This document shows positions 39,088-52,553 of a DNA stretch of 64,000 nucleotides, piece after piece; the stretch's first letter is position 1, and the number at the start of each line of letters is the position of its first letter. The DNA comes from Octopus vulgaris (lineage: Eukaryota): assembly GCA_951406725.2 (NCBI GenBank), contig OX597821.1, positions 100,998,001 to 101,062,000 of the forward strand, in the 5' to 3' direction. Both the position numbers and the translations under genes were made by a program. The notes beneath the pieces were generated by a model. That model saw nothing but the letters and a program-made list of their open reading frames with translations, searched no databases and was not told the DNA's origin.

Positions 39088-41147
39088 GTGTCAGTGCCAT
39101 TTCTTTGATTTCTTTTGGGACCAATTGAGGTTATAACAAAAAAAAAAAAAAAGCTGTGTCGATTTTTTAAGGAAATCTATGATACTGAGCACTGGATTTG
39201 GGTGACTTTTGTATTGATAGCGCTGGCATTGTTCGTGCAGACAGAGTTGGTTGAATATTTTCCACATTGTACATATATTTTCCAGATGGTGTTATTAAAT
39301 TAGACATGGCCTGGGCCAACTTCGGCCGAAACTTATCTAAGTAATCTAAGTACGTAGCGCTCAGGAGGGCGTTGGAGAGAATAAAGTTTGAGCATTTTGC
39401 AGTGATCTCTATAATCAAGGCTTGTCATGCCTCATGTCATTTCATAATTTATCTTTTATATCTAGCGGAATAACTTGTCTTGTCACCTGTTCAACAATAG
39501 TCTTGTCACCTGTCCTAATTTAATTATGCATTTTATACGATTACACATCTAATACTTGAAAACACAATAACTGAAGGAAATTCAAATACATTGCTGTTTG
39601 TACAGTATTTTGGTTTCCGTTGAATTTTACTAATTTCCAGCCATTGGGTTACGGCTATGCTGGAGCACCGCTCTGTTCAGTTAGTCGAACAAATCAATAG
39701 GTGCTTATTCTATCGGTTACTTTTGCTGAACCGCTATTAAGGAGATATACACAAACACCAATTGTCAAATGTTGGGAACACATAAATATGACAGGATCCT
39801 ACAGTTTGTGTCAACCAAATTCATTCGCAAGCAATTAGTTTGCTTAGGGATTTAGCAGAAAATCAGTAAATGATCAAAATAGAGACATGCACACTTCCTC
39901 GATTTATACATCGCGCCGGGGGGAAAAAAAACTTGTTGCCCTTTTAAAATGTTTGCGATCCTTTCAAACACTTCTGTTGGTATTTAATATTACTGACCTT
40001 TAAAGGATTGAAGGGCAAAGAAACAAAAAAAATAAAAACAAAAAACAGAACAGCCCCACCCGCCTCTTAAGCATATTTTTAGGATAGGTTTTTGCTGCGC
40101 TACACTTAATATTTAATGGAATTTAGTTATTTGAAACCATAGTACATATCTAAGGAAATTAAATAAATAAATAAAAAGTTTATGTAATATCTCGACAATA
40201 CCCTGTTAAATACTCAGAAACGATAGTGCAAATGATAGCATGGTATTTTGTAGGATATCCTAACTTCCGTGACTGTTAAAAGACATTTGCAAATACCAAA
40301 TGAAACATTAATACCACGAATTTCTCCACAAAGCAATCACGTATTACTAGATTCCACCTGCGATAAAATTAAAACAGATGCACACACACACACACACACA
40401 ATTATATATACACGCAAACATATACATGCATACACAGATATATACACACGCGCGCAAGTTTAGGCACGCACTCATACACACGCATATATAAACGCGCACA
40501 AATACACACATGTATATACATGCAACATGCAACATATACACGTACACATCCTTGTATACAAGCGTGCGTGCATGAGTGCATGTGTATGTCAATGCGTGCG
40601 TGTAGGCGTACGTGCGTGCGTGAGTGTTAGTAATCATATCTAATTAATATTTATAGCACTTAGATCTCCGTTTGATAGAAGCTAAAGTAGTCATAGCAAC
40701 AAGTTGCTAAGATCCAATTAGCAGCAGCGAGACCTAGCGACTCCCGCTTAGAAACCCATGCAAGTCGTACATTGGAATGTAAGCTACTAGCAGGCATCCA
40801 AGACCGTCCCGTTCATTATGTTACATGTAAATTAGACTGGTTAACAATTGAGGGCATATCATGTCACTGTACAGCAATAATGTCAAATAAAACTTCTCCA
40901 TTAAAACATTTATATAACGCGATCGCCTAAAAAAAATGAGCGAATTATTAAAAATTGCTCTCTAATAGAAAGCGACTTTAAATGTTTTACAGAAAACTTG
41001 TTTTGTAGAATAACATTTGAAGTTGTAAAAAGAAAGTTGATGAGTGAAGCATAGTTAAAAAAAAAAAGGAATGCAAGATGAAATTTGTTTTGTATATAAA
41101 ATGAAATTTCATTATCTATTTATGATATATAAAATTAAAATGTCATG

Positions 41148-41466
41148 ATATATATATATATCTATATATATATATATAATTCATTATATATATATATAAA
41201 ATTATTATATATATATATATATAAAATTCATTATATATATATATATATATATAAATTCATTATATATATATATAAAATTCATTATATATATATATAAAAT
41301 TCATTATATATATATATAAAATTATATATATATATAAAATTCATTATATATATATATAAAATTCATTATATATATATAAAATTCATTATATATATATATA
41401 TAAAATTCATTATATATATATATATAAAATTCATTATATATATATAAAATTCATTATATATATATA
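41148..41466. repeat. AT-rich minisatellite, (TA)n plus aaattcat
   Basis: Repeated tatatata..taaaattcat units of variable length. Confidence 0.95.
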
Positions 41467-43382
41467 GTGTTTGTGGATACATGTGTGCATATACATACAC
41501 ACGTGTGTGCATATGTGTATATACATGTGTGTATGTGTGTATATATATATATATATGTATGTATAAGCATATATATGTGTGTGTGTGTATTATAAAATGA
41601 GGTTTTACTCTTTTGCTCAATCCTTAAAAAGTATAACTATTGATTGAATAAGCAACATAAAGGGAAAATAAAGTACAGATAGCCTTGGACTAGCTAAGTT
41701 CCACATCCTGGTTTCGATTCTTAGTTCGAGCCATTTCACATCCCTTACATAATAATACCTTTCAAAGAGACATCAAACTTATTACATCAGTGGGTTTTAA
41801 ATAAAAAAAAAAAGGTAAATCTCAAACATCAACGCAACGTAAGACTAGTTATGAAATCAATCAGAAAAATGGCCAATTTATCCAACAAGTTATTTCTTTT
41901 ATAAAAGGGTTCAGTTCTTGCGAGAACACCGATAAACTCTTTATTGTTGAAAACCATAAATGGCTTTTTTAGTTATGTCGAATATATACTTCTACACGTA
42001 ACTAATTCTGCTGTGAGAAAGAAGAACAAAAAATATATAATTTCCAGGTATTTTAAGGTAAGATACTTACAAAAATGTAGTTTTGTACTTCCATAACTTC
42101 GTCAGTCACTGACATATCCTGTGCTGTTTGCATCGCGCCCTATCTACTCTGGTAACACTTCTACAATTTGTATAGGCGACTGATTATCGCACACAAGTAT
42201 TCATGCGGCAATCAATACCACAGCTTGAAGCATTCAGCCACTTTTTCGTACACCGGCCTTTTTAACTACATATGTTTTAACTTATATGTGTTTTTTTTCA
42301 CATTAAATCTAGAAGAATTTATACTTGGATATATATATCTTTTCGTTTTGCATTAAATGTTGATACATTTTTACCTGGATGTATATATAGGCGGTATATA
42401 TGTGTGTGTGGTGGGGTATCATTCGCCTGAACTGCTGCTTTTTGATATAAAATCTTGCTCCTCATTTAAACTGAACCGGAAACACGAGCATAAAGCTAAA
42501 CTTACACACTTCATAAAAACTTTCGATTTAGTTACATGCGGAGGAGGGCAGTTTGTATAATCGGTTTTTGCCTCTCTTTGGCCTTCGGATAAATTGTGTG
42601 AGGTTAGTTCATTTAATGTTCAATCTGAATTGCTACAGATTTGTCAAATTGATTTGTACGTTAAGGACATCCAGTAGAATACAACTAAGAACTTAGGCTA
42701 ACATTTTTGTGCGGAATCTGTGTGTTTGAAGCAGAGTAGTGCAATTGCAGGGGGAAAGCGTGCAGAGAACGGTATACCGACTCTGCAAGTAGTGACACGG
42801 AATGGATACATCTGGTGAATGAAAGCTTGTCTCGGGGTAGCGTTTTCTTGGTTGTGATATAGAATATATATGCATATATATATATATATGTGTGTTAGGT
42901 GATTACATCAGTTATGTGAATCTTGTTTTAGTATAATGGAGGAAATATTTTGCGGGTCCCCAAAAGAGAAAGGTTAAGACTACATCAGCTTTCCTTAGAA
43001 AATATGAAGTTGACATGACAAACTATCGAAGAAGGATCCAAAATATATTGTGAGGGACGCAGTTTGGGTTAAATACTGTTCAGGGGGAAATGGAATGGAC
43101 TGTGCGAATTTGTTTACGTAAGACACGTGTCTTTATTTTGATGAAGCAGTCAGTATCTCTCGTCTGAAGAAGTAAAGCTAAAAAGGTTGTAAATTGAAGA
43201 CTTTCTTCAACAACTGATAGTACAGCTTGACTATCAGGTTTATGTAAAAGAATTAAACTCACACATCCCGTGATAGGTCAACACAGTATCAACATTTCCT
43301 TTCGGTAACATTCAGTGTTAACTGATCAACGTGTATTCTTACAGTGCGACCAATGTAATTTACAACCACCTAAATGTGTCCA

Positions 43383-43624
43383 AAGTTGGGTGCCACTAAC
43401 CAACTCCTCTTCTCCGAAGTTGGGTGCCACTAACCAACTCCTCTTCTCCGAAGTTGGGTGCCACTAACCAACTCCTCTTCTCCGAAGTTGAGTGCCACTA
43501 ACCAACTCCTCTTCTCCGAAGTTGGGTGCCACTAACCAACTCCTCTTCTCCGAAGTTGGGTGCCACTAACCAACTCCTCTTCTCCGAAGTTGGGTGTCAC
43601 TTGCCAACTCCTTTTTACTTCTCC
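43383..43624. repeat. 34-bp minisatellite, ~7 copies
   Basis: aagttgggtgccactaaccaactcctcttctccg at 43383, 43417, 43451, 43485, 43519, 43553 and a degenerate copy at 43587. Confidence 0.97.
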
Positions 43625-45266
43625 AACAATGTTTTGCTAAGCAAACTCTTCTTTCTTTAAATGGTGTCTGATAACTGACACTTTTCGGAAACCCGATCTA
43701 TTCTGTTTGGCTCACACTTTTTGGAATTTTAAAACTAAGTGAAAGTTTTCAAATTTGGGATATTTATGTAATTTTTCACGCTGAATTTAATGTTGTTATT
43801 CACTTGTTCCAGAATTTTTTTTTTTTTTTTAATTTTACAGAGGTTTAAAGTTTGATTATTTTTACATCAGTACACCAAATTTAAAATCAATTAGAATAAA
43901 GAAATTGAGAAGTGTGAACCAAGCAGAAACGATCCTAGAAATTTATTGTAGGTTATAATCTTTCTTGGAGGGATGTTTTCTCCTGGAAATATTCAAATAT
44001 TAATTATAGGTACTGGAGCTCTCCACAATAAGTTACATGAGTTCAACATCCTAACCACAAGAATATGTGTCTTCACCTGGTGATTAGTAGAGTGGAAATA
44101 AGATTGTGTTGTTTATAATGTCATAAGGATATTACCAATATAAATGATTTGAATAGGTTACAAATGGGAAAAAAAAAACATCAGCTCATAGATTCATATC
44201 ACTTGGTCCTTAAATTGATTCTGCCATTTGATAATTAATTGTATGCCAAAGGAACCCTTAGAACTCTTAGAATTCTTCAAAGTTTATTTTCAACAGTCTA
44301 TCATACCGATTACAATAATCTATATACTAGTAACATAAAATTCTTTTTTTTTTCTTTTCTTCTCCAGTTCTTGTTGTTATAATCAATCTTATAAATTCTT
44401 TCAAATCTCAGTATAGGGTGGGCTTTGCTTGCCATTGCTATTATATTGAACACCAGACTATATCAGATGTTGTTTTACCTCTTTAATTCACTACCAAACT
44501 TAAATGACAAATATTACTCCTGGACCAAAAAAAGGAGCCTCTGCATGGTCGGTCATCTTGTTTCAAATAACAACCAAATTCCCCCAAATCATAATCTACC
44601 ATCTTAACATCAGAAGGACACATCTGACAACAAGGTATAAAAGAAACAGATTGGATTGTCACAGCTGGAAGATTTTTGATTATAGATCTACTTGAACTGG
44701 GTTGACCTTGGGCTAAACAACAACAAGTACCATTCCAATTTTAGGCATTTTTCATATGTCCTATTTCTAATCTGCAGTGTCTTAGAAAAATTCTCTTAAG
44801 AATTATGATTCATTTATGCAAAAATATACATATTGTTTCAAGCAGCTGCAACCAAGATACATTTCACCATGTCACGCCAGGAATCCCTGTTTCCCCCATT
44901 CATCATCGTTTAGCGTCCGCTTTCCATGCTAGCATGGGTTGGACGGTTCAACTGGGGTCTGGGAAGCCAGAAGGCTGCACCAGGCCCAGTCTGATCTGGC
45001 AATGTTTCTATGGCTGGATGCCCTTCCTAATGCCAAAGGTCTTCAAATTCATGTTGTATGTCTCTGTCAGAAATATCAATGTAGTTGAGTGGTTTTCATC
45101 ATCTACTAGAAATCTCCAAAATGTAACATCTGATATTAGTATTTAATACAACAGCAGTGACCAGCAAAGCCTACCTTGTGTTGAACAACAATAGCAGAGA
45201 TGGGTGTAATGTGTCCCTAAATCAAATCTCAGATTAATTACTAATTGCTTCTGGATTTTAGATTTT

Positions 45267-45444
45267 ATGACAATGTCACCAGCAAAGTGGGAATCTGACA
45301 TCGCTGATATTGAAGACATTGTTAATGCAGAAGAACCTGTTACTGATAGGAACAATGTCGCTCGAAGAATGGTAATGCCTCGAGTTCGCAAGCGGAAAAA
45401 GGTTGTGGAAGCTGCTCCAATACAAGCTGATAGTGTGATACCAG
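45267..45444 (+). CDS. CDKAL1: Threonylcarbamoyladenosine tRNA methylthiotransferase, first coding exon
   Basis: MTMSPAKWESDIADIEDIVNAEE...PRVRKRKK...ADSVIPG|gtatgg. DIEDIV and DSxIPG match the CDKAL1 N-terminus. An acceptor-like ttttag at 45256-45261 suggests an upstream non-coding exon. Alternative start ATG at 45273. Confidence 0.9.
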
Positions 45445-45574
45445 GTATGGTCATAGTATTTTTTTTCTTCCTTTTTTTTTTCCATTTCCTATTTTCCTTA
45501 TCTTAGTACTGTCCAGCCAGCCAGTTTTTCTCTGCCTGCTATTCCTAGGAGGGTTGTGTTGGCAGAGTCTTCAG

Positions 45575-45800
45575 GCACCTTCTTCATAGGGTTCTATCAG
45601 AAGCAACTTTCAGCATGACCAACTGACACTATGAATATCATCCAACATTCCCATTCTTGATCTATCCTTAGGTCTCCTGCCAGTTGGCTCAGCTTGAAGA
45701 ATCCTTCTTGCCACTTTTTCTTAGAACATTCAAACCACATGTCCTTACTACCAGAACTGTAACCTGTGGCTTGATGTGGAGAGATTTCTTGATTCCAAGC
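45575..45800 (-). mobile_element. RTE-like LINE 3' fragment
   Basis: Minus strand reads ..GHVV..KVARRILQAEPTGRRPKDRSR, resembling the RTE C-terminal GRR..GRP motif. Confidence 0.55.
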
Positions 45801-47107
45801 TACACACCCTATAAAGTAACATTATTCAAGAGAAGTGATTCTTAACTGGGGATCCAGATAAGATTTTGTTAAAATTTATCTGCAATAAATTGGTTATGCT
45901 TCTACACTACACAAAATATTTTAACAATTTTTTAAATACAATTCTTAATAATATTTAACTCTTATAAAATGATGATGAAAAATGTATGATTTTTTTATAC
46001 AGTGAATGGTTATGTGGATTCATCTGAGTAAAACAGAAATCAAAGGGGTCCATAGGTAAAAAAATGGTTGAGAAGCATGTTCTAGAGATTCTTCAGAAGA
46101 ACCTTAATTCAGCTACTTGTATTCACAAATCATTCTATGTTCAGGTGTTTTCCTTTTAATTTAATGTTTAACAAAACAAGGTAACTCCTTGGCTTAAGAA
46201 AGTAAACAGTCCACCTCAATAGGACAGGTTCATAAAGCCAAAGCTTTTCTGGATTTTCAAGTATTGAGGCTGAGAGTACAAGACTCCTACTGAATGGCAT
46301 GCCAGTCTATCATAGAGTCATCCCCTTGGGTGCCATTGATACTGATTTTCAACCGAGTGTACTAGAGTGACTTGAACTGGTTGACTAATTCCTATGGCTA
46401 ATTTTTACTTGTTTCCAAGTATTATTCTTTGTTCCAGTGGTTCTCACATTTTAAGCTGCTGCAGGATATATAATTTCTGTTTACATGATATCCATGTGGT
46501 GACAGAGACAAACATACTCACACTGCAGGCCTCCATAGAGTTTCTTTATAAAATTTCACTCATAAAGCATTGAATCAATCTGAGGCTTTAATAGAAAACA
46601 CTTGCCCAAGGTGTCACACAGTGGGATCAAACCTGAAACTCTGCGATTTTGAGACAAGCTCTTTTTTACCACAGAGTCATTCCTGTACTCCCCTCCTATT
46701 TGAACTAGAAACCTTTCCTACTTTATTCAATGCTATCATCATCAGTTTATTCCTGCTTTCCATACTGACATACTGATAACCTAACAGTCCATTGTACTGT
46801 TAGACAGGTTATCACAGTCCAGTCAATTTTTTTTTCAGAGGTATTGCCCTCCTAGGTGTGCTAAAGGGACCACATCTTGGTCATGTATTTTATTTTAGCA
46901 ATAAAATTAGAACAAGTTCAACATATTATTCCTTACATTTTTGGTAATTTATATTAGAATACCCAAAAGAATCACAGACATTGAATTATTTTTTTAGTTT
47001 CCATTAATGATTTGTACCCAAATCTGAAATGTGTTGTCTTTCCATTATTTAGAAATGGTGTGATTCAAAGCTGTTTGTCATCTTATTTTTATATTTCATT
47101 TATGCAG

Positions 47108-47209
47108 GAACCCAGAATATTTATTTGAAGACTTGGGGCTGTTCACATAACAATTCTGATGGAGAATACATGGCTGGGCAACTTGCAAACTTTGGTTATA
47201 CTATAACTG
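47108..47209 (+). CDS. CDKAL1: CDKAL1 coding exon 2 (UPF0004/MTTase N-terminal domain)
   Basis: tgcag|[33 protein letters not shown]|gttggt; [16 protein letters not shown] signature. Confidence 0.97.
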
Positions 47210-48381
47210 GTTGGTTGAAACTTCACTTTTTGTCTCCTTTTTACATTTGGTCTTTTATTGAGAAATTTTATATTATATTATATCCTTCTACCATTACCGC
47301 TGTATTTGTGTGTGATACATATATATGTGTGTGTGTGAGAGAGAGAGAGTGTTGTTATGGCGATGGCTCTGGTTAGAATGTTGGGCTCACAATCATTTGA
47401 TAGTGAGTTTGATTCCTGGACTGGGCTGTGTTTTGTTCTTGAGCAAGACTCTTTATTTCACATTGCTCCAATTCACTCAGCTGTAGAAATGAGTTGCAAC
47501 ATCACTGATGCCAAGCTGTATTGGCCTTTGCCTTTCCCTTGGATAACATCAGTGGCATGGAGAGGTGAAGCTGGTATGCATGAGTGACTGCTGGTCTTCC
47601 ATAATCAACCTTGCCCAGACTTGTGCCTTGGAGGGGAACTTTCTAGGTGTAATCCCATGGTCATTCATGACCAAAGGGGGTCTTTACCCTTTTTTACTTA
47701 CATACACACACACACATACACAATACAATTCAGTAGAATCTAGACACATCAACATGTAATGTGGGACACCAGAAATAGTGAGGTACAATAATATACAGTT
47801 CACAGTAAGGTAAAACAACCATGAAATTATCAGGTTATCTTATATGTATGTATGGATGGATGCATGCATGTAAGCAAGTGCAGGCATGGCTGTGTGGTTG
47901 AGAAACTTTCTTCCCAACCATGTAATCTCAGGTTCAGTCCCATTGCATGGCACCTTGGGCAAGTGTCTTGTATAGTCCTGCACCAACCAAAGCTTTGTGA
48001 GTGGATGTGGTTTGTGGAAACTCAAAGAAGCTCATCATATATGTATTTGCATATGCTTGTGTGTACTCTTGTCCAAACATCACAAGAAGGTTGTAAGTGA
48101 ATGTTTCCGTCAAACAAGTGATGTTGTTTGTTTCCAACCTTCCATGAAAACCATGTCTGGTAATGGGCAAATATTACCTTGTTTAGAAAGCATAAAAAAT
48201 TGGGTGCTAAATGATGATGATTAGGATATATGAATGTATAAACAAGAATGTATACTTTCCATGTTCATATTTGAACTTTTTGTGTTTCAATAATTTTTCC
48301 CTGATTTTACTCATTCACAAATTTGATGGACATACAGCGGTACGTAAGCCAACTCAAGAAATCTCTAGTGAGACTTTTTAG

Positions 48382-48434
48382 ATTGATGTACCTGAAGAGA
48401 CCTAGAACGGGTCGAAACATGTGTTGTACCCAAT
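48382..48434 (+). ncRNA. Type I hammerhead ribozyme motif in a CDKAL1 intron (probable PLE remnant)
   Basis: attgatGTAC-CTGAAGA-GACC tagaacg GGTC-GAAA-C atgt GTT-GTACccaat, overlapping/followed by AATAAA. Confidence 0.7.
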
Positions 48435-49812
48435 AAAGTCTATTACACATTCCATCTCCTATTTCATTAATACTGTTACCCCAACCACCACTATAAAGTT
48501 CCTGCAGTAAATCTACAGATAACAACAGGTAATCGAAACTGTGCCAGTGCTTTACTCATCATCCATCTATACATTTTGTACAATTTCTCCATTATATATA
48601 TAGGGAGAGGCATGCATAGCTGTGTGGTAAGAAGCTTGCTCCCCAACCACTTGGTTCTGGGTTCAGTCCCACTGCATGGCACTTTAGGCAGCTGTTTTTT
48701 TTCTATAGCCTTGGGCCAACCAAAGTCTTGTGAATGGATTTGGTAGACAGAAACTAAAAGAAGCCCATCATATATTTATATGTGTGTGTGTGTGTTTGTT
48801 TGTCCCCCCCCCCTCACCATCACTTGACAGCTGGTGTTGATGTGTTTATGTCCCTGTAATTTAGCACTTCAGCAGAGACCAATAGAATAAGTCCTGGGGT
48901 CAATTTCTTCGACTAAAACCCCTCAAGGCAGTACTCCTGCATGGCCACAGTCAAATGACTGAAACAAGTAAAAGAATATATATATATATATATATATATT
49001 TGGGTCAAACAGACAGTATTCATTGAGGTAGATTTTTTACAACCAGATGCAGTAGATACATGGTTTGAATCTGTAGGCGAGCCTGTTCTCTTCTATCTGA
49101 AACTTGTGCTTATATAAATACTTCATATAATTCATATTTAAAGTCTCTACCACTAATGATGCTCTGTGCATGAGTATGCATATATGTATATGTACACACA
49201 TACATACCTATATATGTGTGTGTGTGTATATATATATCATCATCATCATCATCATTTAACGTCCGCTTTCCATGCTGGCATGGGTTGGACGGTTCAACTG
49301 GGGTCTGGGAAGCCAGAAGGCTGCACCAGGCCCAGTCTGATCTGGCAGTGTTTCTACAGCTGGATGCCCTTCCTAACGCCAACCACTCCGTGAGTGTAGT
49401 GGGTGCTTTTTTACGTGCCACCAGCACAGGTGCCAGACTAGGCTGGCAAACGGCCACGATCGGATGGTGCTTTTTACGTGCCACCGGCACGGGAACCAGA
49501 CACATATATATATATATATATATAATAATAATAAATATTAGGGAATAAATCCAAATTTACAGGGAAAAATCAGATTTAGGATTAAATCCAATTTTATAGT
49601 AAAATATTATATAATATAATTCGAGACAAAACCACTATTTTGCAAAACAAACAAGGAAAGACTTAATCAATACATAAAAATTTTTAATATAAAGAAATAA
49701 ATATATATACACACAGTGTGTTATCTACACAAACATACATCTATTTATATAAATATGTTCTGCTATACTTTTTAAAAGTGTAACGTATTTCTTCATCTGT
49801 TCATTTTTCAAG

Positions 49813-49976
49813 ATTCTAAGGAGAAGGCAGATTTGTGGATACTAAACAGCTGTACAGTGAAAAGTCCTGCTGAAGATCACTTCCGTAATGAAATCAATAA
49901 AGCTAAATCTTCAGGAAAACATCTTGTGGTAGCCGGATGTGTGCCACAGGGACAGCCCAAATCAGAATATCTTTCT
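49813..49976 (+). CDS. CDKAL1: CDKAL1 coding exon 3
   Basis: tcaag|[55 protein letters not shown]|gtaagt; NSCTVK and AGCVPQ Fe-S cysteines. Confidence 0.96.
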
Positions 49977-50105
49977 GTAAGTTACTCTCAATCACCACAT
50001 CTCTCTCTCTCTCTCTCTCTCTCAATGTGTGTGTGTGTTTTCCCGAAGCTTCTACAATTAGACTTTCTGAAAATTAATTAATCAAATTTTTTTTTCTATT
50101 GTTAG

Positions 50106-50172
50106 GGAATAAGTGTATTGGGTGTACAACAAATCGATCGTGTGGTTGAAGTTGTTGAAGAAACTCTAAAAG
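50106..50172 (+). CDS. CDKAL1: CDKAL1 coding exon 4
   Basis: gttag|GISVLGVQQIDRVVEVVEETLK(G)|gtaact. Confidence 0.96.
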
Positions 50173-50265
50173 GTAACTACACTGGTTTTACTTAGTTTTT
50201 TTTTTCCCCAGTTCCTTATTAATAACTCAAAATGTCATTTATATACAGATAAAAAAAAATTTACT

Positions 50266-50707
50266 TTAACCCTTTCGTTACCAACCCGGCTGAAACTGGC
50301 TCTGTGTACAAATGTCTTATTTTCATAAGTTTTGAATTAAAATCTTCCTCCAAACCTTAGTCTCAATTTATGTTCCTAACACTAGCTGAATGATAACTAA
50401 TTTATTTTACTAAGTTCTTTGTTATATTTAAAGTAATTGAAAGAAACACAGAGCACCTCAAAATGAATACAGTAATGACAGGGTTAACTCTTTAGCATTC
50501 AGATTAATTGATCAAATGTAATGCTTATTTATCCACATTTTTAAAAATTAATCATATATTATCTCATAGCCTTGAGAGATGATGTGATTGTTTAGTTTTA
50601 GAATGATATCGTAGGGTAGGTGTGAGAGGCTGAATCTGACCAGTTTCAACATAAAATTAATGGAATATACAGACCAGATATGGCCAGTTTAAATGCTAAT
50701 GGGTTAA
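50266..50707. mobile_element. Two abutting piggyBac-like MITEs (B then A) sharing a TTAA
   Basis: TTAA at 50266, 50484 and 50704; the two halves match 26065-26294 and 25721-25949. Confidence 0.8.
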
Positions 50708-50813
50708 TGCAAGTCACTAAAGCTGTTCAAAACTAGATAGATTGCTTTGCCATAAGTTTTGTATGTCACTATTCCAAGTTCCTATGATGGAAATTCACAT
50801 TGCTTGGGACACA

Positions 50814-51323
50814 TACTGTAAATCCTCAAGTATAGTCTGCCCTTGAGTATAATATGCAGGAGATTTTTAGGGGGCTATACTTCTGAAAAACCTAAACCTG
50901 GTGTATAATACGCACCCCTTCTCTAACTTGAGTCAAGGAGGTCTATATAACGTCCTTGGTTTGTAAAAATGTATACGGTAACATCCTTTATTATTATTAT
51001 TATTGTATATATAACATAATGCAAACATGTAGCTTTTTGTGCATTTTGTTTGCAGAAAAAAAAGAAATAACAGTAATAACGTTTAATAAATGTTGCTTAC
51101 TGCAAGTTATGGATAATCCTTTTATGACTTCATTGCTTAAGGTATTTTCGCGACCGACATCACAAAATGTGTCTTAATAAACATTGCCGGACAGCAAATA
51201 GAGACTCGGACATTGCTTAGAAAATAATTTTCATTTTAAACCTCGTATATAGTATGCTCTAGGGATTTTGACCTTTAAATTTTTTGGGGGGAAAATGCGG
51301 ATTATACTCGAGGATTTGCAGTA
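50814..51323. mobile_element. Second copy of the 34268-34783 MITE, opposite orientation
   Basis: tactgtaaatcctcaagt...actcgaggatttgcagta; the interior is the reverse complement of the 34.3 kb copy. Confidence 0.85.
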
Positions 51324-52432
51324 CACACGATGGACATCAATAGATTCTCCAGATCGCTCCTTCACTCCTGGCTATGTAAAGGGAAAAGAAACCATAGAAG
51401 ATCTAAACTGAGATTCAAAGATACTGCAGAAAGGAATTGATTATAATAAATGACAAACTCAAGCAAAAAAACAACCAGTTTGGAGGGAGTTCATCAAGTC
51501 ATGCCACAATCATAGTCGCAACAATTGACTGCATGACATTCTAAGTTCAAGTGCCATTAAAGTTAGCTTTATCTTTTAATCCCTCTTGACTCACCAAAAT
51601 AGATGTGATAATCTGGCATTATTTAATCAGCTAGATAGTGAATTTTCAGAATTGGTAGAGCATTGGACCAAATGATTTGTGGTATTTATTTATGTCACTT
51701 TATAGTTTAATTTTTATCAATAAAATAAAGTATCAATCAGCTAAATCATCAACATTTAATGTTCACTTTTCTATGTTTGCATGGATCAAACAGAATTTTT
51801 TGAGGCAGATAGAAACCAAGCCAAAACAGATTGGAGCCTGGTGCAGTTTACCAACTCCAGCCAAACTGTCTAACCCATGCCAGCATGCAAAGCAGATGTT
51901 AGATTATGATGATGGATGCCCTTTCTATTACCAATTTTTATTGATTTCTAAATAAGTAAATAATTAATTTCTTAATATGTAGACATAAATTTTGTTATAC
52001 ATGAGTTCGCCACTGTGTATATCAATAGGTCTCAAAGTTTGTGTATGGATATACTAGATGGTGAACCCAGTAGTTCCTGGGGTAAAGATGTTCTATTAAA
52101 ATGCCTTCTTACTCTGATATAAGAAAGCAATTTCCGGGGGCCGTATTATAGATTTTTTCAACAATCTAAGTATGTCGCAAGGTTTCCAGACATGAGTTCT
52201 ACTTGGGTATCAAATTTCATCAAAATCAATAAAACAATCTAGGAGTTAGCTAACAACACCGATTTTCCACATATGTAGTTGATGGAGGTGGGAGGTGCAT
52301 AATCTCACATTTTTTTTTTCTCTTTATACATTTCGTCCCTTGGTTGGAGCCAAGCTTGGACACTGCCATTAACCATTTGACCGGAATGTTCTTGGAAAAA
52401 ATTTTAATTATTTCTTTTTCATTTTTCACCAG

Positions 52433-52553
52433 GTCATACAGTACGATTGTTTGGTCAAAAAAAGCAAGCTGGTAAAAAAACTGGAGGTGCTTCACTGGCG
52501 TTACCAAAAATTAGAAAGAATCCTTTGATAGAAATAATTGCTATCAACACTGG
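52433..52553 (+). CDS. CDKAL1: CDKAL1 coding exon 5
   Basis: accag|[39 protein letters not shown](G)|gtatgt. Confidence 0.96.

Noticed and set aside
39115-39418. Overlapping 62- and 83-aa ORFs in GC-richer sequence
   Set aside because: No recognisable domain or consistent splice sites; probably a decayed TE.
43383-43624. CRISPR-like array of palindromic 34-bp repeats
   Set aside because: Units are contiguous with no unique spacers, there are no cas genes, and the context is eukaryotic; it is a minisatellite.
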